Source: an uncultured Bacteroidales bacterium
GTDB taxonomy: Bacteria; Bacteroidota; Bacteroidia; Bacteroidales; DASQZP01
Reading direction: 5' to 3'
Length of the DNA stretch: 64,000 nt
NCBI GenBank assembly: GCA_963783315.1
Contig: CAWAMZ010000017.1
Location: forward strand, 23,725 to 87,724
Part shown: piece after piece, positions 20,515 through 30,240 of the stretch
Layout: the number at the start of each line of letters is the position of its first letter
Position numbering within the stretch: position 1 is the first letter of the stretch
Notes under the pieces: generated by a model
What the model saw: only the letters and a program-made list of their open reading frames with translations
What the model was told of the DNA's origin: nothing
The model's database searches: none
Program-made: the position numbers and the translations under genes

Positions 20515-20997
20515 TCAAATTCGATTCAGAATAGATGTAGTTGAATATCCCGGGGTGAGATCAATCGTAAAAACCTGGCCTCCGTTGTCTTTAACAATAT
20601 CATAACCCACAATTTCTTCTGGCTTGTAATCTCCGCCTTTAATCAGAATGTCGGGATTTATGAATTTTATTAGCTCATAAGGTGTTGATTGGTCAAAAGG
20701 CACAACGTAATCGATGAATCTCAGAGATGCCAGTACATACGACCGTGAGTGCAGGTCCTGGACCGGTCTTTTTTCTCCTTTGATACGGGACACAGATTCA
20801 TCAGTATTTAGTCCGACGATAAGAATATCACCAAGGTCAGCAGCTTTCGACAAATAATCGACATGTCCCAGGTGCAGAATATCAAAACAACCATTGGTGA
20901 AAACCAGTTTTTGTTCCCTGAAACGATGATAAGCCAGTTTTTCAGCAAAATCACCCACTGTCAATATTTTAGACTTTACCAGTTCAAGTTGTGTCAT
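20515..20997 (-). CDS. rfaE2: D-glycero-beta-D-manno-heptose-1-phosphate adenylyltransferase (stand-alone RfaE domain II)
   Basis: VFTNGCFDILHLGH, KGGDY, YSTT motifs. Confidence 0.85.
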   Translation of the reverse strand: MTQLELVKSKILTVGDFAEKLAYHRFREQKLVFTNGCFDILHLGHVDYLSKAADLGDILIVGLNTDESVSRIKGEKRPVQDLHSRSYVLASLRFIDYVVPFDQSTPYELIKFINPDILIKGGDYKPEEIVGYDIVKDNGGQVFTIDLTPGYSTTSILNRI

Positions 20998-21008
20998 TCC
21001 GTTTAAAT

Positions 21009-22025
21009 TTAGATAACCGTAACTGCTTTTTTCTTCCCTGCGAAGAAAAGGATCAGAAAGCTCATGGTACCCAGGGCAATTGCAAACAATGCCTGTGATT
21101 CATGAGATACGGTGGCAAAAACCAGTCCGTCGGTCCGCGGAATACCATAGATGGTAAGCCCCAGGGAAACGATCCAGTGATAGGCTCCGATCCCGCCCTG
21201 GACAGGTGCCGACATACCCAATCCACCAATAACAAGAAGAAAAAGGCCGTCAATCATTGTCAGGTCTGAAGTGGCAGGTATGGCAAAAACCACAATATAA
21301 GTCATCAGCCAGTACATCAACCATATTATTAAAGTGTGCAGCAAAAAACTGCCTCTTTTTTTCATGGTATAAACGGTTCTGATTCCAGACATTACCCCTT
21401 TAATGACTTTTTTTGTCTTCTTAACAAAAAGCAATTTGGTCAGACGCGCTCTGAAAATAAAATATAACAATATAAACAGAAAGATAGTGCCAAAAATAAA
21501 AACCCATATGACAACAGAAAAATTAAAGGTTTCCGCCACTTTTTTATAAAAGGGATTAAAAATATTCTTGTTGAAAAAACTACCAAAAAAATCAAATTTG
21601 GCTACAATCAGAATTATCAGCAGTGTGATAAGAGACAAGAGATCAATGGCTCTTTCAATGATCACCGTACCTATCAGTGAATCTACAGGAATCTTATCCG
21701 TCCGGTTGAGCGTTCCACACCGGGTGATCTCACCGATGCGGGGAAAGGCAAAATTAGCCAGATAGCCAATCATCAGTGCATAAAAGCTATTGGAAAAAGA
21801 TGGTTTGTACCCCAGGGGTTCAATAAGCAATCGCCAGCGGTAAGCCCTGCTGGCATAGGCAATAAATGCAAACAACAATGAGAGTGCGACCCACGAATAA
21901 TTAACAGATTCAAAAGCTTTTACCAATTGCTGAAAATTTATGCCTTTGAATGCAAAGTACAGCAGCACTATTCCCAGTGACAGGAAAGCCAGAAACTTCA
22001 GGATATTGAGCAGGGATTTTTTCAA
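21009..22025 (-). CDS. LPG_synthase_TM / UPF0104 flippase-like membrane protein
   Basis: RAYRW, GYLANFAFPRIGE, ERAID, PVQGGIGAYH motifs. Polytopic. Confidence 0.85.
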   Translation of the reverse strand: MKKSLLNILKFLAFLSLGIVLLYFAFKGINFQQLVKAFESVNYSWVALSLLFAFIAYASRAYRWRLLIEPLGYKPSFSNSFYALMIGYLANFAFPRIGEITRCGTLNRTDKIPVDSLIGTVIIERAIDLLSLITLLIILIVAKFDFFGSFFNKNIFNPFYKKVAETFNFSVVIWVFIFGTIFLFILLYFIFRARLTKLLFVKKTKKVIKGVMSGIRTVYTMKKRGSFLLHTLIIWLMYWLMTYIVVFAIPATSDLTMIDGLFLLVIGGLGMSAPVQGGIGAYHWIVSLGLTIYGIPRTDGLVFATVSHESQALFAIALGTMSFLILFFAGKKKAVTVI

Positions 22026-22034
22026 GGGACCGTA

Positions 22035-22388
22035 TTAACTTAAGACTTTATTTGTTGCTGTATCGGGAAAAATGATGGTGGGTTTAAATTTTTTTGCCTC
22101 TTCAAAATCCATGGAGGCATAAGATATAATAATCACCACATCCCCGATGGCTACTTTTCTGGCTGCCGGACCATTCATACAAATCTGTCCGGAACCTCTT
22201 TCTCCTTTAATAATGTACGTTTCAAGGCGTTCCCCGTTATTTATATTTACAACCTGTACTTTCTCATTCTCAATCATATTGGCAGCATCAAGCAAATCTT
22301 CATCAATAGTTATACTGCCCACATACTGAAGATTGGCTTCAGTTACTGTTACCTTATGTAATTTTGATTTAACTACTTCAATATTCAT
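22035..22388 (-). CDS. panD: Aspartate 1-decarboxylase
   Basis: KSKLHK..ANLQYVG|SITID self-cleavage site, [14 protein letters not shown]. Confidence 0.96.
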   Translation of the reverse strand: MNIEVVKSKLHKVTVTEANLQYVGSITIDEDLLDAANMIENEKVQVVNINNGERLETYIIKGERGSGQICMNGPAARKVAIGDVVIIISYASMDFEEAKKFKPTIIFPDTATNKVLS

Positions 22389-22403
22389 AACAACGCAAAG
22401 TTA

Positions 22404-23246
22404 CTAATAAAAACTCAAATTATCTATGAGACGAATGGCTCCGTCCCTCACGGCAATAAAGGCCCGGGGCCTGTCAGAGTGCCGCCAGCTTTGCAGTGGC
22501 TGTAATGTGTTTTCATCGGCAATTTCGAAATATTCAACTTCAAGGTTTTCATCCTGATCAATCTCACCGATAACTTTATTCTTTATTTCTTCAACACTTA
22601 ATTCCTTAATATGTTTTTTTGCCTCAAACAGGTTTTTGGCAATAAGAGGAGCGCTGGCCCGCTGATTAGGGGTAAGTAACTGATTCCGTGAACTCATGGC
22701 AAGGCCATCGGGTTCTCTGACAATCGAACAGGGTACAATTTCAACCGGCATAGACAGTTGTCTGACCATTTCCCTTATTATGGCAAGCTGCTGATAATCC
22801 TTCTCCCCGAAATAAGCCCTGTGAGGTTTCAGTATATCAAAAAACTTACTGACGACCTGTGCAACTCCATTGAAATGTCCGGGCCGGTGTGCCCCTTCCA
22901 TGACACTGGCCAGCTTTCCAAAATCAAATGTACGCCTGTCAGGCTCTGGGTACATTTCCTTAACTTCAGGATAGAAAACAATGTCACAACCAACCGATTC
23001 AAGTTTTCTGAGGTCTTTCTCAAGATCCCTGGGGTAGTTTAACAGATCATTTTTGTCGTTAAACTGGGTGGGGTTCACAAAAATACTGACAACAGTTATA
23101 TCATTGCCTGCTAACGCTTTTTCTGTAAGCGCCAGATGCCCTGCATGCAGAGCTCCCATTGTAGGAACAAACCCAATGGTTTTTCCTTCCTTTTTTAGTT
23201 TGTTGAGAAGATCAACAACACCGTCTATTTTACCAAATACCTGCAT
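22404..23246 (-). CDS. panC: Pantoate--beta-alanine ligase
   Basis: GFVPTMGALHAGH, RPGHF, FGEKDYQQ, GLAMSSRN. Start MQVFG at 23246. Confidence 0.96.
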   Translation of the reverse strand: MQVFGKIDGVVDLLNKLKKEGKTIGFVPTMGALHAGHLALTEKALAGNDITVVSIFVNPTQFNDKNDLLNYPRDLEKDLRKLESVGCDIVFYPEVKEMYPEPDRRTFDFGKLASVMEGAHRPGHFNGVAQVVSKFFDILKPHRAYFGEKDYQQLAIIREMVRQLSMPVEIVPCSIVREPDGLAMSSRNQLLTPNQRASAPLIAKNLFEAKKHIKELSVEEIKNKVIGEIDQDENLEVEYFEIADENTLQPLQSWRHSDRPRAFIAVRDGAIRLIDNLSFY

Positions 23247-23261
23247 AGATTTTTGAAAGTG

Positions 23262-23385
23262 CAAATATACATAAAAGAAAAAACAATGTACAAATATGTA
23301 TCCAAACGATACAGAGGGAATAAGGTTCACAGAAGAACGTCAAAATATACAACCATCGAAATGTGAATTATTTTTAGTACTTTTG
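23262..23385. promoter_or_regulatory. Divergent Bacteroidota promoters for panC (-) and GT5-like gene (+)
   Basis: Minus strand: TATATTTG (23262-23269) with TTTG 21 nt upstream (23291-23294). Plus strand: TACTTTTG at 23378-23385. Confidence 0.6.
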
Positions 23386-23417
23386 CAGGATGTTTTGTAA
23401 CTAATTTTTAACAAGAA

Positions 23418-24245
23418 ATGAAAAACACAAAAGTTTTATTTATTTCTCAGGAAATCACCCCCTACCTCCCCGAATCAGAAATGGCAAATATTGGAAGAAA
23501 TTTACCACAAGGTATACAGGAAAGAGGGAAAGAAATAAGAACTTTTATGCCAAAATACGGATTGATCAATGAAAGGCGCAACCAGTTACACGAGGTAATC
23601 CGCCTGTCAGGAATGAATCTCATTATTGATGATACTGATCATCCACTGATAATTAAAGTGGCTTCTATTCAATCCGCCCGCATGCAGGTTTATTTTATTG
23701 ACAATGAAGATTATTTTCACCGCAAGCATGTTTTGACAGATGATAACGGAGAATTCTTTGAAGATAATGATGAACGTGCTATATTTTTCGCCCGCGGTGT
23801 ACTTGAAACAGTTAAAAAACTCAGGTGGTCACCTGATATTATCCACTGTCACGGCTGGATTACCAGTATGGTACCATTGTACATCAAAAGAGCCTACAAT
23901 GAAGATCCTATCTTTGCCAATTCCAAAGTAATATATTCTGTATATGATGATGGTTTCGACAAACCCCTTAATAAATCATTCAGAAAAAAAGTACTCTTTA
24001 ATGGTGTCACGGAAAAAGATGTTTCCGGCCTCGAAAAAGCCGATTTTGTTAATATTTCCCGGTTTGCTATTGACATGTCTGATGCAGTGATCAAAGGCAG
24101 CAATGAGATAAATCCTGAAATAAATAAATACCTGGACAAAATAAATAAGCCGGTTTTGGGTTTTCAACCCAGTGAAACATATCTGGATGAGTACTCTCGT
24201 TTTTATGACAATCTCTTAATGGATGATTCTAATGATAAAAAATAG
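23418..24245 (+). CDS. Short glycogen/starch-synthase-like protein (GT5 N-terminal domain only)
   Basis: VLFISQEITPY, IRTFMPKYG, VYFIDNEDYF, DNDERAIFF, PDIIHCHGW. Only 275 aa. Confidence 0.85.
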   Translation: MKNTKVLFISQEITPYLPESEMANIGRNLPQGIQERGKEIRTFMPKYGLINERRNQLHEVIRLSGMNLIIDDTDHPLIIKVASIQSARMQVYFIDNEDYFHRKHVLTDDNGEFFEDNDERAIFFARGVLETVKKLRWSPDIIHCHGWITSMVPLYIKRAYNEDPIFANSKVIYSVYDDGFDKPLNKSFRKKVLFNGVTEKDVSGLEKADFVNISRFAIDMSDAVIKGSNEINPEINKYLDKINKPVLGFQPSETYLDEYSRFYDNLLMDDSNDKK

Positions 24246-25536
24246 TATTAACACGCCATTTAAACAATTCCCCCTTTTATTTCTTCTTGCCGGACTGCTG
24301 ACCATTTTATTACTGCCCGGTTGTAATGATACCCCAACTGACCTGGGGCTGGATCTTCTGCCCCCGCGCGATCGTATCCAACCCGAATTCATGGTTGATT
24401 CAAATATTGCTACCCGTACCATCGAACAACAACCTGTGGCTTCAAATAATCGTACGGTTCTTTCGGTCGGCAGCCTGAATGATCCTGTTTTCGGCAGTAC
24501 CCGGGCTTCATTTATGGCATCACTGCTGCCCGATTTTCCTGGTAAAAATTTCGGGGACAATCCTGCTCCTGATTCACTGGTTTTATACCTAAGCATTTCA
24601 AACATTCAGGGTGATACTACATACGTCCCGTCCGTTAAGATATACAGGCTTACCCAGACTCTGCAATATGACACTTCCTATATGTCAGATATGGACCCGG
24701 CCCCCTATATTGAACAAACAGCCATTCCTGCTACCACAGCAGAATGGTCAGATACGCTGATCAGAATAAAGCTGGATAAAAGTCTGGCTTGGGACCTGCT
24801 TAATATAGATACTGTGTCAAATTCTGATGTCACAAAATTTCTGGATTATTTCAGTGGATTATATGTTACAGCCGAACCTGCCGGATCAACAGGAGGAGCC
24901 ATTTATTTTATTAATCACCTGGCCACCATCTCGCGAATGACCCTTTATTATCAGAACAGTACGGCAGATTCACTATATTTTAATTATTATTTTGGTTCAG
25001 ACATATCTTCGGTGAATCTGTTTAACCATGATTATTCCAACGCAGCTTTTCAGGCTCAGCTGCAGGATACAACTTTATCGGACAGTTTGATGTATGTACA
25101 GGCCACGAACGGAGTAGGTGCTAAAATAAATATTCCCGGGTTGCTTGATTTTCGGGAAGCAAATCCCGGTGCGGTTTCTGTTCTGAAGGCTCAGATTGAA
25201 GTACAGGTTAAGTCAGATAATCAACTGGTAACAAACCTGCCGGCCCCGCCTTCCACAATGGTCATCCTCACAAAAGACAGCAATGGAAATCTTATTAATG
25301 TGCTGGATCAAAACTCCGGGGCGACTTTTATTGACGGAACCTACAACAGCGATAATCAAAGCTATACCTTTAACATAACACGCCAGATTCAATCTTTCCT
25401 GCTTGGTGATACAGACGTAACAGAGTTCTACCTGTATCCGGCTTCAAATACGGTTACTGCAAATCGTGTTGTGCTAAGAGCCAATAACAATCAGCGGGCT
25501 GGAGTTAAATTTAAAATTATTTATAATAAACTGTGA
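24223..25536 (+). CDS. DUF4270-family lipoprotein
   Basis: Lipobox LLPGC, DPVFG..ASF, F.DYFSGLYV, YTFNITR motifs. Lies between the GT5-like gene and glmS. Confidence 0.75.
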   Translation: MILMIKNSINTPFKQFPLLFLLAGLLTILLLPGCNDTPTDLGLDLLPPRDRIQPEFMVDSNIATRTIEQQPVASNNRTVLSVGSLNDPVFGSTRASFMASLLPDFPGKNFGDNPAPDSLVLYLSISNIQGDTTYVPSVKIYRLTQTLQYDTSYMSDMDPAPYIEQTAIPATTAEWSDTLIRIKLDKSLAWDLLNIDTVSNSDVTKFLDYFSGLYVTAEPAGSTGGAIYFINHLATISRMTLYYQNSTADSLYFNYYFGSDISSVNLFNHDYSNAAFQAQLQDTTLSDSLMYVQATNGVGAKINIPGLLDFREANPGAVSVLKAQIEVQVKSDNQLVTNLPAPPSTMVILTKDSNGNLINVLDQNSGATFIDGTYNSDNQSYTFNITRQIQSFLLGDTDVTEFYLYPASNTVTANRVVLRANNNQRAGVKFKIIYNKL

Positions 25537-25542
25537 TAAATT

Positions 25543-27378
25543 ATGTGTGGAATTGTAGGATATATTGGTAATCAGGAGGCATACCCCATCTTATTAAACG
25601 GGCTTAAAAGGCTGGAATACAGGGGTTATGATTCAGCCGGAATATCCATCATGAACAAAAGTATCAAGACCTATAAATGTCACGGAAAAGTCAGCGATCT
25701 TGAGCACTTTGCTCTTGGCAGGGATATTAAAGGAACAATGGGTATTGGCCATACACGCTGGGCTACTCATGGAGAACCAAATGACATAAATGCACATCCG
25801 CATACTTCCCAGGAAAAGAAATTCACCCTGATACATAACGGGATTATTGAGAATTATTCGCTCCTGAAGAAAAAACTGGAAAACCGCGGATATACATTTG
25901 TCAGTGAAACCGATACTGAAGTACTGGTAAACCTTATTGAATATATTTACCTAAAAGGTAAGGTAAGTGCTGAAATTGCTGTCAGACTGGCCCTCACCAA
26001 AGTTGTTGGGGCATATGGACTGGTGATTATATGTAATGATGAGCCCGATAAATTAATAGCTGCCCGGAAAGGAAGTCCTTTGGTAATCGGTGTAGGTGAA
26101 GGCGAATATTTTCTGGCATCTGATGCCACCCCTATTATCGAACACACCAACAGCGTTATTTATCTGAATGATAATGATGTAGCAATTATCAAGCGTGGCG
26201 AGCTTATCCTCAAAACTATAAAGAACAATAAGCTTATTCCGAAAATCACCAAACTTGATCTGGATATCGGTGAGATTGACAAAAACGGATATGAGCATTT
26301 CATGCTTAAGGAAATTTTTGAACAGCCCCGCTCGATTCTTGATACATTCAGAGGCAGGGTTGCCCAGGATGGAAAGGAAGTTCACCTTGGAGGTCTGTTC
26401 AATGTAATGCCAAAACTGGCTGAAGCAAAAAGAATTATCATTATAGGGTGTGGAACTTCGTGGCATGCCGGACTGGTAGGTGAATACATGATCGAAGAAT
26501 TTGCCCGCATTCCGGTAGAAGTTGAATATGCTTCGGAATTCAGATATCGAAATCCTGTTTTATTTAAAGATGATGTAATAATCGCGATCAGTCAGAGCGG
26601 TGAAACCGCCGACACTCTGGCTGCCATTCAGCAAGCTAAGGAAGCCGGAGCTATGGTGCTTGGTATTTGTAATGTTGTGGGAAGCAGTATACCCCGGGAA
26701 ACCGACGGAGGGGTTTATACACATGCCGGCCCTGAAATAGGAGTAGCTTCAACCAAAGCCTTCACTGCTCAGGTAACAGTGCTGGCCATGATGGCTATGT
26801 TGCTGGGTAAAACACGCAACATTTTAAGCATCGAAAAATACCATGAACTCATCGGGGAACTGACGCTGATACCAGAGAAAATTGAAAAAACACTGCAATC
26901 AAATGAAGCATTTAAGGACATTGCAGCTCTCTACAAAGATGTTACGAATTTTCTCTACCTTGGCCGGGGTTATTTGTTCCCCGTAGCTCTTGAAGGTGCA
27001 CTTAAACTAAAAGAGATATCCTATATACATGCTGAAGGATATCCTGCAGCCGAGATGAAACATGGTCCTATTGCACTGATTGATAAAAACATGCCCGTTG
27101 TGGTGATTGCTACCAAAGACAAATCTTATGATAAGATTGTCAGCAACATACAGGAAGTAAAAGCCAGAAACGGGAAGGTAATTGCCGTTGTTACTGAGGG
27201 AGATACCGTGATCAAGAAAATGGCGGATCACACTCTGGAAGTGCCGGAAACGCATGAAGCACTTGCCGCCCTGACCACAGTAATTCCTTTGCAACTGCTT
27301 TCTTATCACATTGCAGTTATGAGAGGCTGTAATGTTGATCAGCCAAGAAATCTTGCTAAATCAGTAACGGTAGAGTAA
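25543..27378 (+). CDS. glmS: Glutamine--fructose-6-phosphate transaminase
   Basis: MCGIVGY, LEYRGYDSAG, HTRWATHG, PRNLAKSVTVE. Confidence 0.98.
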   Translation: MCGIVGYIGNQEAYPILLNGLKRLEYRGYDSAGISIMNKSIKTYKCHGKVSDLEHFALGRDIKGTMGIGHTRWATHGEPNDINAHPHTSQEKKFTLIHNGIIENYSLLKKKLENRGYTFVSETDTEVLVNLIEYIYLKGKVSAEIAVRLALTKVVGAYGLVIICNDEPDKLIAARKGSPLVIGVGEGEYFLASDATPIIEHTNSVIYLNDNDVAIIKRGELILKTIKNNKLIPKITKLDLDIGEIDKNGYEHFMLKEIFEQPRSILDTFRGRVAQDGKEVHLGGLFNVMPKLAEAKRIIIIGCGTSWHAGLVGEYMIEEFARIPVEVEYASEFRYRNPVLFKDDVIIAISQSGETADTLAAIQQAKEAGAMVLGICNVVGSSIPRETDGGVYTHAGPEIGVASTKAFTAQVTVLAMMAMLLGKTRNILSIEKYHELIGELTLIPEKIEKTLQSNEAFKDIAALYKDVTNFLYLGRGYLFPVALEGALKLKEISYIHAEGYPAAEMKHGPIALIDKNMPVVVIATKDKSYDKIVSNIQEVKARNGKVIAVVTEGDTVIKKMADHTLEVPETHEALAALTTVIPLQLLSYHIAVMRGCNVDQPRNLAKSVTVE

Positions 27379-27387
27379 GATACTGCT

Positions 27388-28443
27388 CTAGCGTTCTTTG
27401 TACTGGCTCTGATAATATTTCTCATATTCACCTGTGAGGATATTTTCGAGCCATTTATTATTTTCAAGATACCAGTCGACGGTTTTTTCCAGTCCTTCTT
27501 CAAATTGTAAAGAAGGTGACCAGTTGAGTTCCTTCTGAAGCTTTGAAGAGTCAATCGCATAGCGCAGGTCATGCCCGGCACGGTCCTTTACATAGGTGAT
27601 AAGCTTTTCTGATGTACCTGTTTCCCGGCCAAGTTTTTTGTCCATGATACGGCACAGCAACCGGATCAGATCAATATTCTTCCATTCATTGATCCCGCCT
27701 ATATTATAGGTTTCACCTTTTTCCCCGTGGTGAAAGATCTCGTCGATGGCCCGTGCATGGTCTACCACATATAACCAGTCGCGGATATTCTCTCCTTTCC
27801 CGTAAACAGGAATCTGCTTGTTGGTTTTAATATTATTGATAGCCAGTGGAATCAATTTCTCAGGAAACTGATTGGGCCCGTAATTATTGGAGCAATTGGA
27901 CAATACCACCGGAACTTTAAAAGTATGATAATAGGCTCGCACCAGATGGTCGGAACTGGCTTTGGATGCCGAATACGGACTTCGCGGATCATATGCAGTT
28001 TCTTCGGTAAACAAACCTTCTTCTCCCAGTGAACCATATACCTCATCTGTGGATATGTGATAGAACAGTTTGCCTTCAGGCTCATCCTGCCAGACAGCTC
28101 GTGCTGCATTCAGCAGATTAACTGTTCCCACAATATTGGTTGTTATAAAATCCATCGGTGATGAAATGGACCGGTCGACATGAGATTCGGCAGCAAGATG
28201 AATAACACCGTCAAACCGTTCATTCACAAATAATTCGGCCAGAAAAGCAGCATTATTGATATCACCATGTACAAAATGATAATTTGGCTCCTGATCGATA
28301 TCCGAAAGGTTCTCCAGGTTACCGGCATATGTCAGTTTATCCAGGTTATAAATCTCATAATCCGGATATTTGGTAACAAACAGTCGCACAACATGTGATC
28401 CGATAAATCCGGCTCCTCCGGTAATCAATATTTTCTTTGACAT
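27388..28443 (-). CDS. rfbB: dTDP-glucose 4,6-dehydratase
   Basis: TGGAGFIGS, HLAAESHVDRSI, STDEVYG, YSASK, GHDLRYAID. Confidence 0.96.
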   Translation of the reverse strand: MSKKILITGGAGFIGSHVVRLFVTKYPDYEIYNLDKLTYAGNLENLSDIDQEPNYHFVHGDINNAAFLAELFVNERFDGVIHLAAESHVDRSISSPMDFITTNIVGTVNLLNAARAVWQDEPEGKLFYHISTDEVYGSLGEEGLFTEETAYDPRSPYSASKASSDHLVRAYYHTFKVPVVLSNCSNNYGPNQFPEKLIPLAINNIKTNKQIPVYGKGENIRDWLYVVDHARAIDEIFHHGEKGETYNIGGINEWKNIDLIRLLCRIMDKKLGRETGTSEKLITYVKDRAGHDLRYAIDSSKLQKELNWSPSLQFEEGLEKTVDWYLENNKWLENILTGEYEKYYQSQYKER

Positions 28444-28497
28444 GACAGTTTTATTTGTTTATAATCAGTAATTATCTGTTTTTTCTTTTCAAATCAT

Positions 28498-29139
28498 TTA
28501 ACAGTGATCACAGCAACTCAGATCTGCACTTTTGGCTTTTTCAAAAGCTTCTCTGCCTTCAGAGAACGCAAACCATGCAATTCCCAGTGAACCAGCAACA
28601 TCGATATAACCTATTCTGAATATTTCATACAACCCGCTTGAAGCAAGCAGTATTATGGAGAGATAAAAACAGGTCCTGGTGCAATGGGCATCAGCAATTA
28701 TGGCATCAGAATTCAGTTTTTTCCCAACCTGCAGCTTATAATACATAAGGAAATACATGGTAAGGATTGAAATTGAGGATATAATAATTCCCACAAGTGT
28801 AGTTTCCGGCTGCCGGCCACTGATCAGGGTGAGCACTCCTCCGGCAACCAGGCCCGCAGTAAGAATATAAAAGCCAAACCCGGTTATACGAAGCGCATCG
28901 CGTTCAAACTTATCCCGGTTATCAACTTTTGAATATTTCATCCTCCAGATCATATGGGCAATCCCCAATCCCGAGACAACTTCAACAAAACTGTCTACCC
29001 CGAATCCAAGTAATGCCAGCGTATCATCTTCCATTCCAAAGTACACTGAAAACAACCCTTCCAGAATATTATAAACGATGGTAATAATACTCAGTATAAA
29101 AGCAAGCCGGATGAGTTTATTTGTGTTATTGTTTTCCAT
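28498..29139 (-). CDS. Cation-diffusion-facilitator-like transporter, TM domain only, Cys/His tail
   Basis: YNILEG, ALLGFGVDS, ADAHCTRTC. About six TM helices, ending CCDHC. Confidence 0.7.
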   Translation of the reverse strand: MENNNTNKLIRLAFILSIITIVYNILEGLFSVYFGMEDDTLALLGFGVDSFVEVVSGLGIAHMIWRMKYSKVDNRDKFERDALRITGFGFYILTAGLVAGGVLTLISGRQPETTLVGIIISSISILTMYFLMYYKLQVGKKLNSDAIIADAHCTRTCFYLSIILLASSGLYEIFRIGYIDVAGSLGIAWFAFSEGREAFEKAKSADLSCCDHC

Positions 29140-29181
29140 TGAAATATAGAAATTTTTTATCGGTGAACTTTGCCCGGTATT

Positions 29182-30210
29182 TTACTCAATATTTCTTAGT
29201 TTTTTCTCCCATTTCCAGGCAGAGCGTAACGTTTCATCCAGTGTTTTTTCGGCTTTCCAGCCAAGTTCTTTATTGGCAAAAGTAGTGTCAGCCCATACTT
29301 GCTCAACATCACCCGCCCGGCGCCCCGCAAGTGTATAATTCAGTTTAACGCCGGTGGCTTTTTCGAAGTCCTGTATAATCTCCAGTACAGAAACACCGCG
29401 GCCGGTACCGAGATTGAAAACTTCGAACCTGTTTTTGTTCCGGTTTTCGAGCAGACGCCTGATTGCCACTACATGTGCTTTTGCAAGGTCAACGACATTG
29501 ATATAATCTCGTATGGCACTTCCGTCGGGGGTATTGTAATCAGTACCGAAAACTCTGATCTTTTCCCGAATGCCTGCTGCTGTCTGCGTAATGAATGGAA
29601 CCAGGTTGTTGGGAGTTCCTGTGGGAAGTTCCCCTATTTCAGCAGAAGGATGCGCACCAATCGGGTTAAAATACCTAAGAGAAATGGCGTTGATTGAATC
29701 AATAGCCGCAATACTGTCCTGTATGATATCTTCTGAGATCTGCTTGGTATTCCCGTAAGGTGAATTTGCTTTTTTGATAGGAGCTTCCTCCGAAACCGGC
29801 AATTTATCAGGTTGGCCGTACACAGTGCAGGAAGAGGAGAAGACAATACCCGGAACATTGAAATCCCGCATACACCCGATCAGGTTAATCAATGACATCA
29901 GGTTATTCCGGTAGTAATCGAGTGGCTTTTCAACCGACTCACCTACTGCTTTATAGGCAGCAAAATGTATGATGGCTGCCAAAGAGGGATACTTTTTGAA
30001 AAATTCATTTGTAAGCACGGGGTCGCAAAGGTCAAATTGCTCAAAAGCAGGCCGCTTTCCGGTGATTCGCTCTATTCCGTCAAGTACTTCGATGTTTGAG
30101 TTCGACAAATTATCAACTACAACTACATCATACCCTTCATCAATCAATTCAACAACAGTATGTGAACCAATATAACCTGTTCCTCCTGTTACAAGTATCT
30201 GCTTTTTCAT
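29182..30210 (-). CDS. galE: UDP-glucose 4-epimerase
   Basis: TGGTGYIGSH, HFAAYKAVGES, YGNTK, LRYFNPIGAH. Start MKKQ at 30210. Confidence 0.95.
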   Translation of the reverse strand: MKKQILVTGGTGYIGSHTVVELIDEGYDVVVVDNLSNSNIEVLDGIERITGKRPAFEQFDLCDPVLTNEFFKKYPSLAAIIHFAAYKAVGESVEKPLDYYRNNLMSLINLIGCMRDFNVPGIVFSSSCTVYGQPDKLPVSEEAPIKKANSPYGNTKQISEDIIQDSIAAIDSINAISLRYFNPIGAHPSAEIGELPTGTPNNLVPFITQTAAGIREKIRVFGTDYNTPDGSAIRDYINVVDLAKAHVVAIRRLLENRNKNRFEVFNLGTGRGVSVLEIIQDFEKATGVKLNYTLAGRRAGDVEQVWADTTFANKELGWKAEKTLDETLRSAWKWEKKLRNIE

Positions 30211-30240
30211 AATTACCCGGTTTGACAAAAAAATAAGTTT

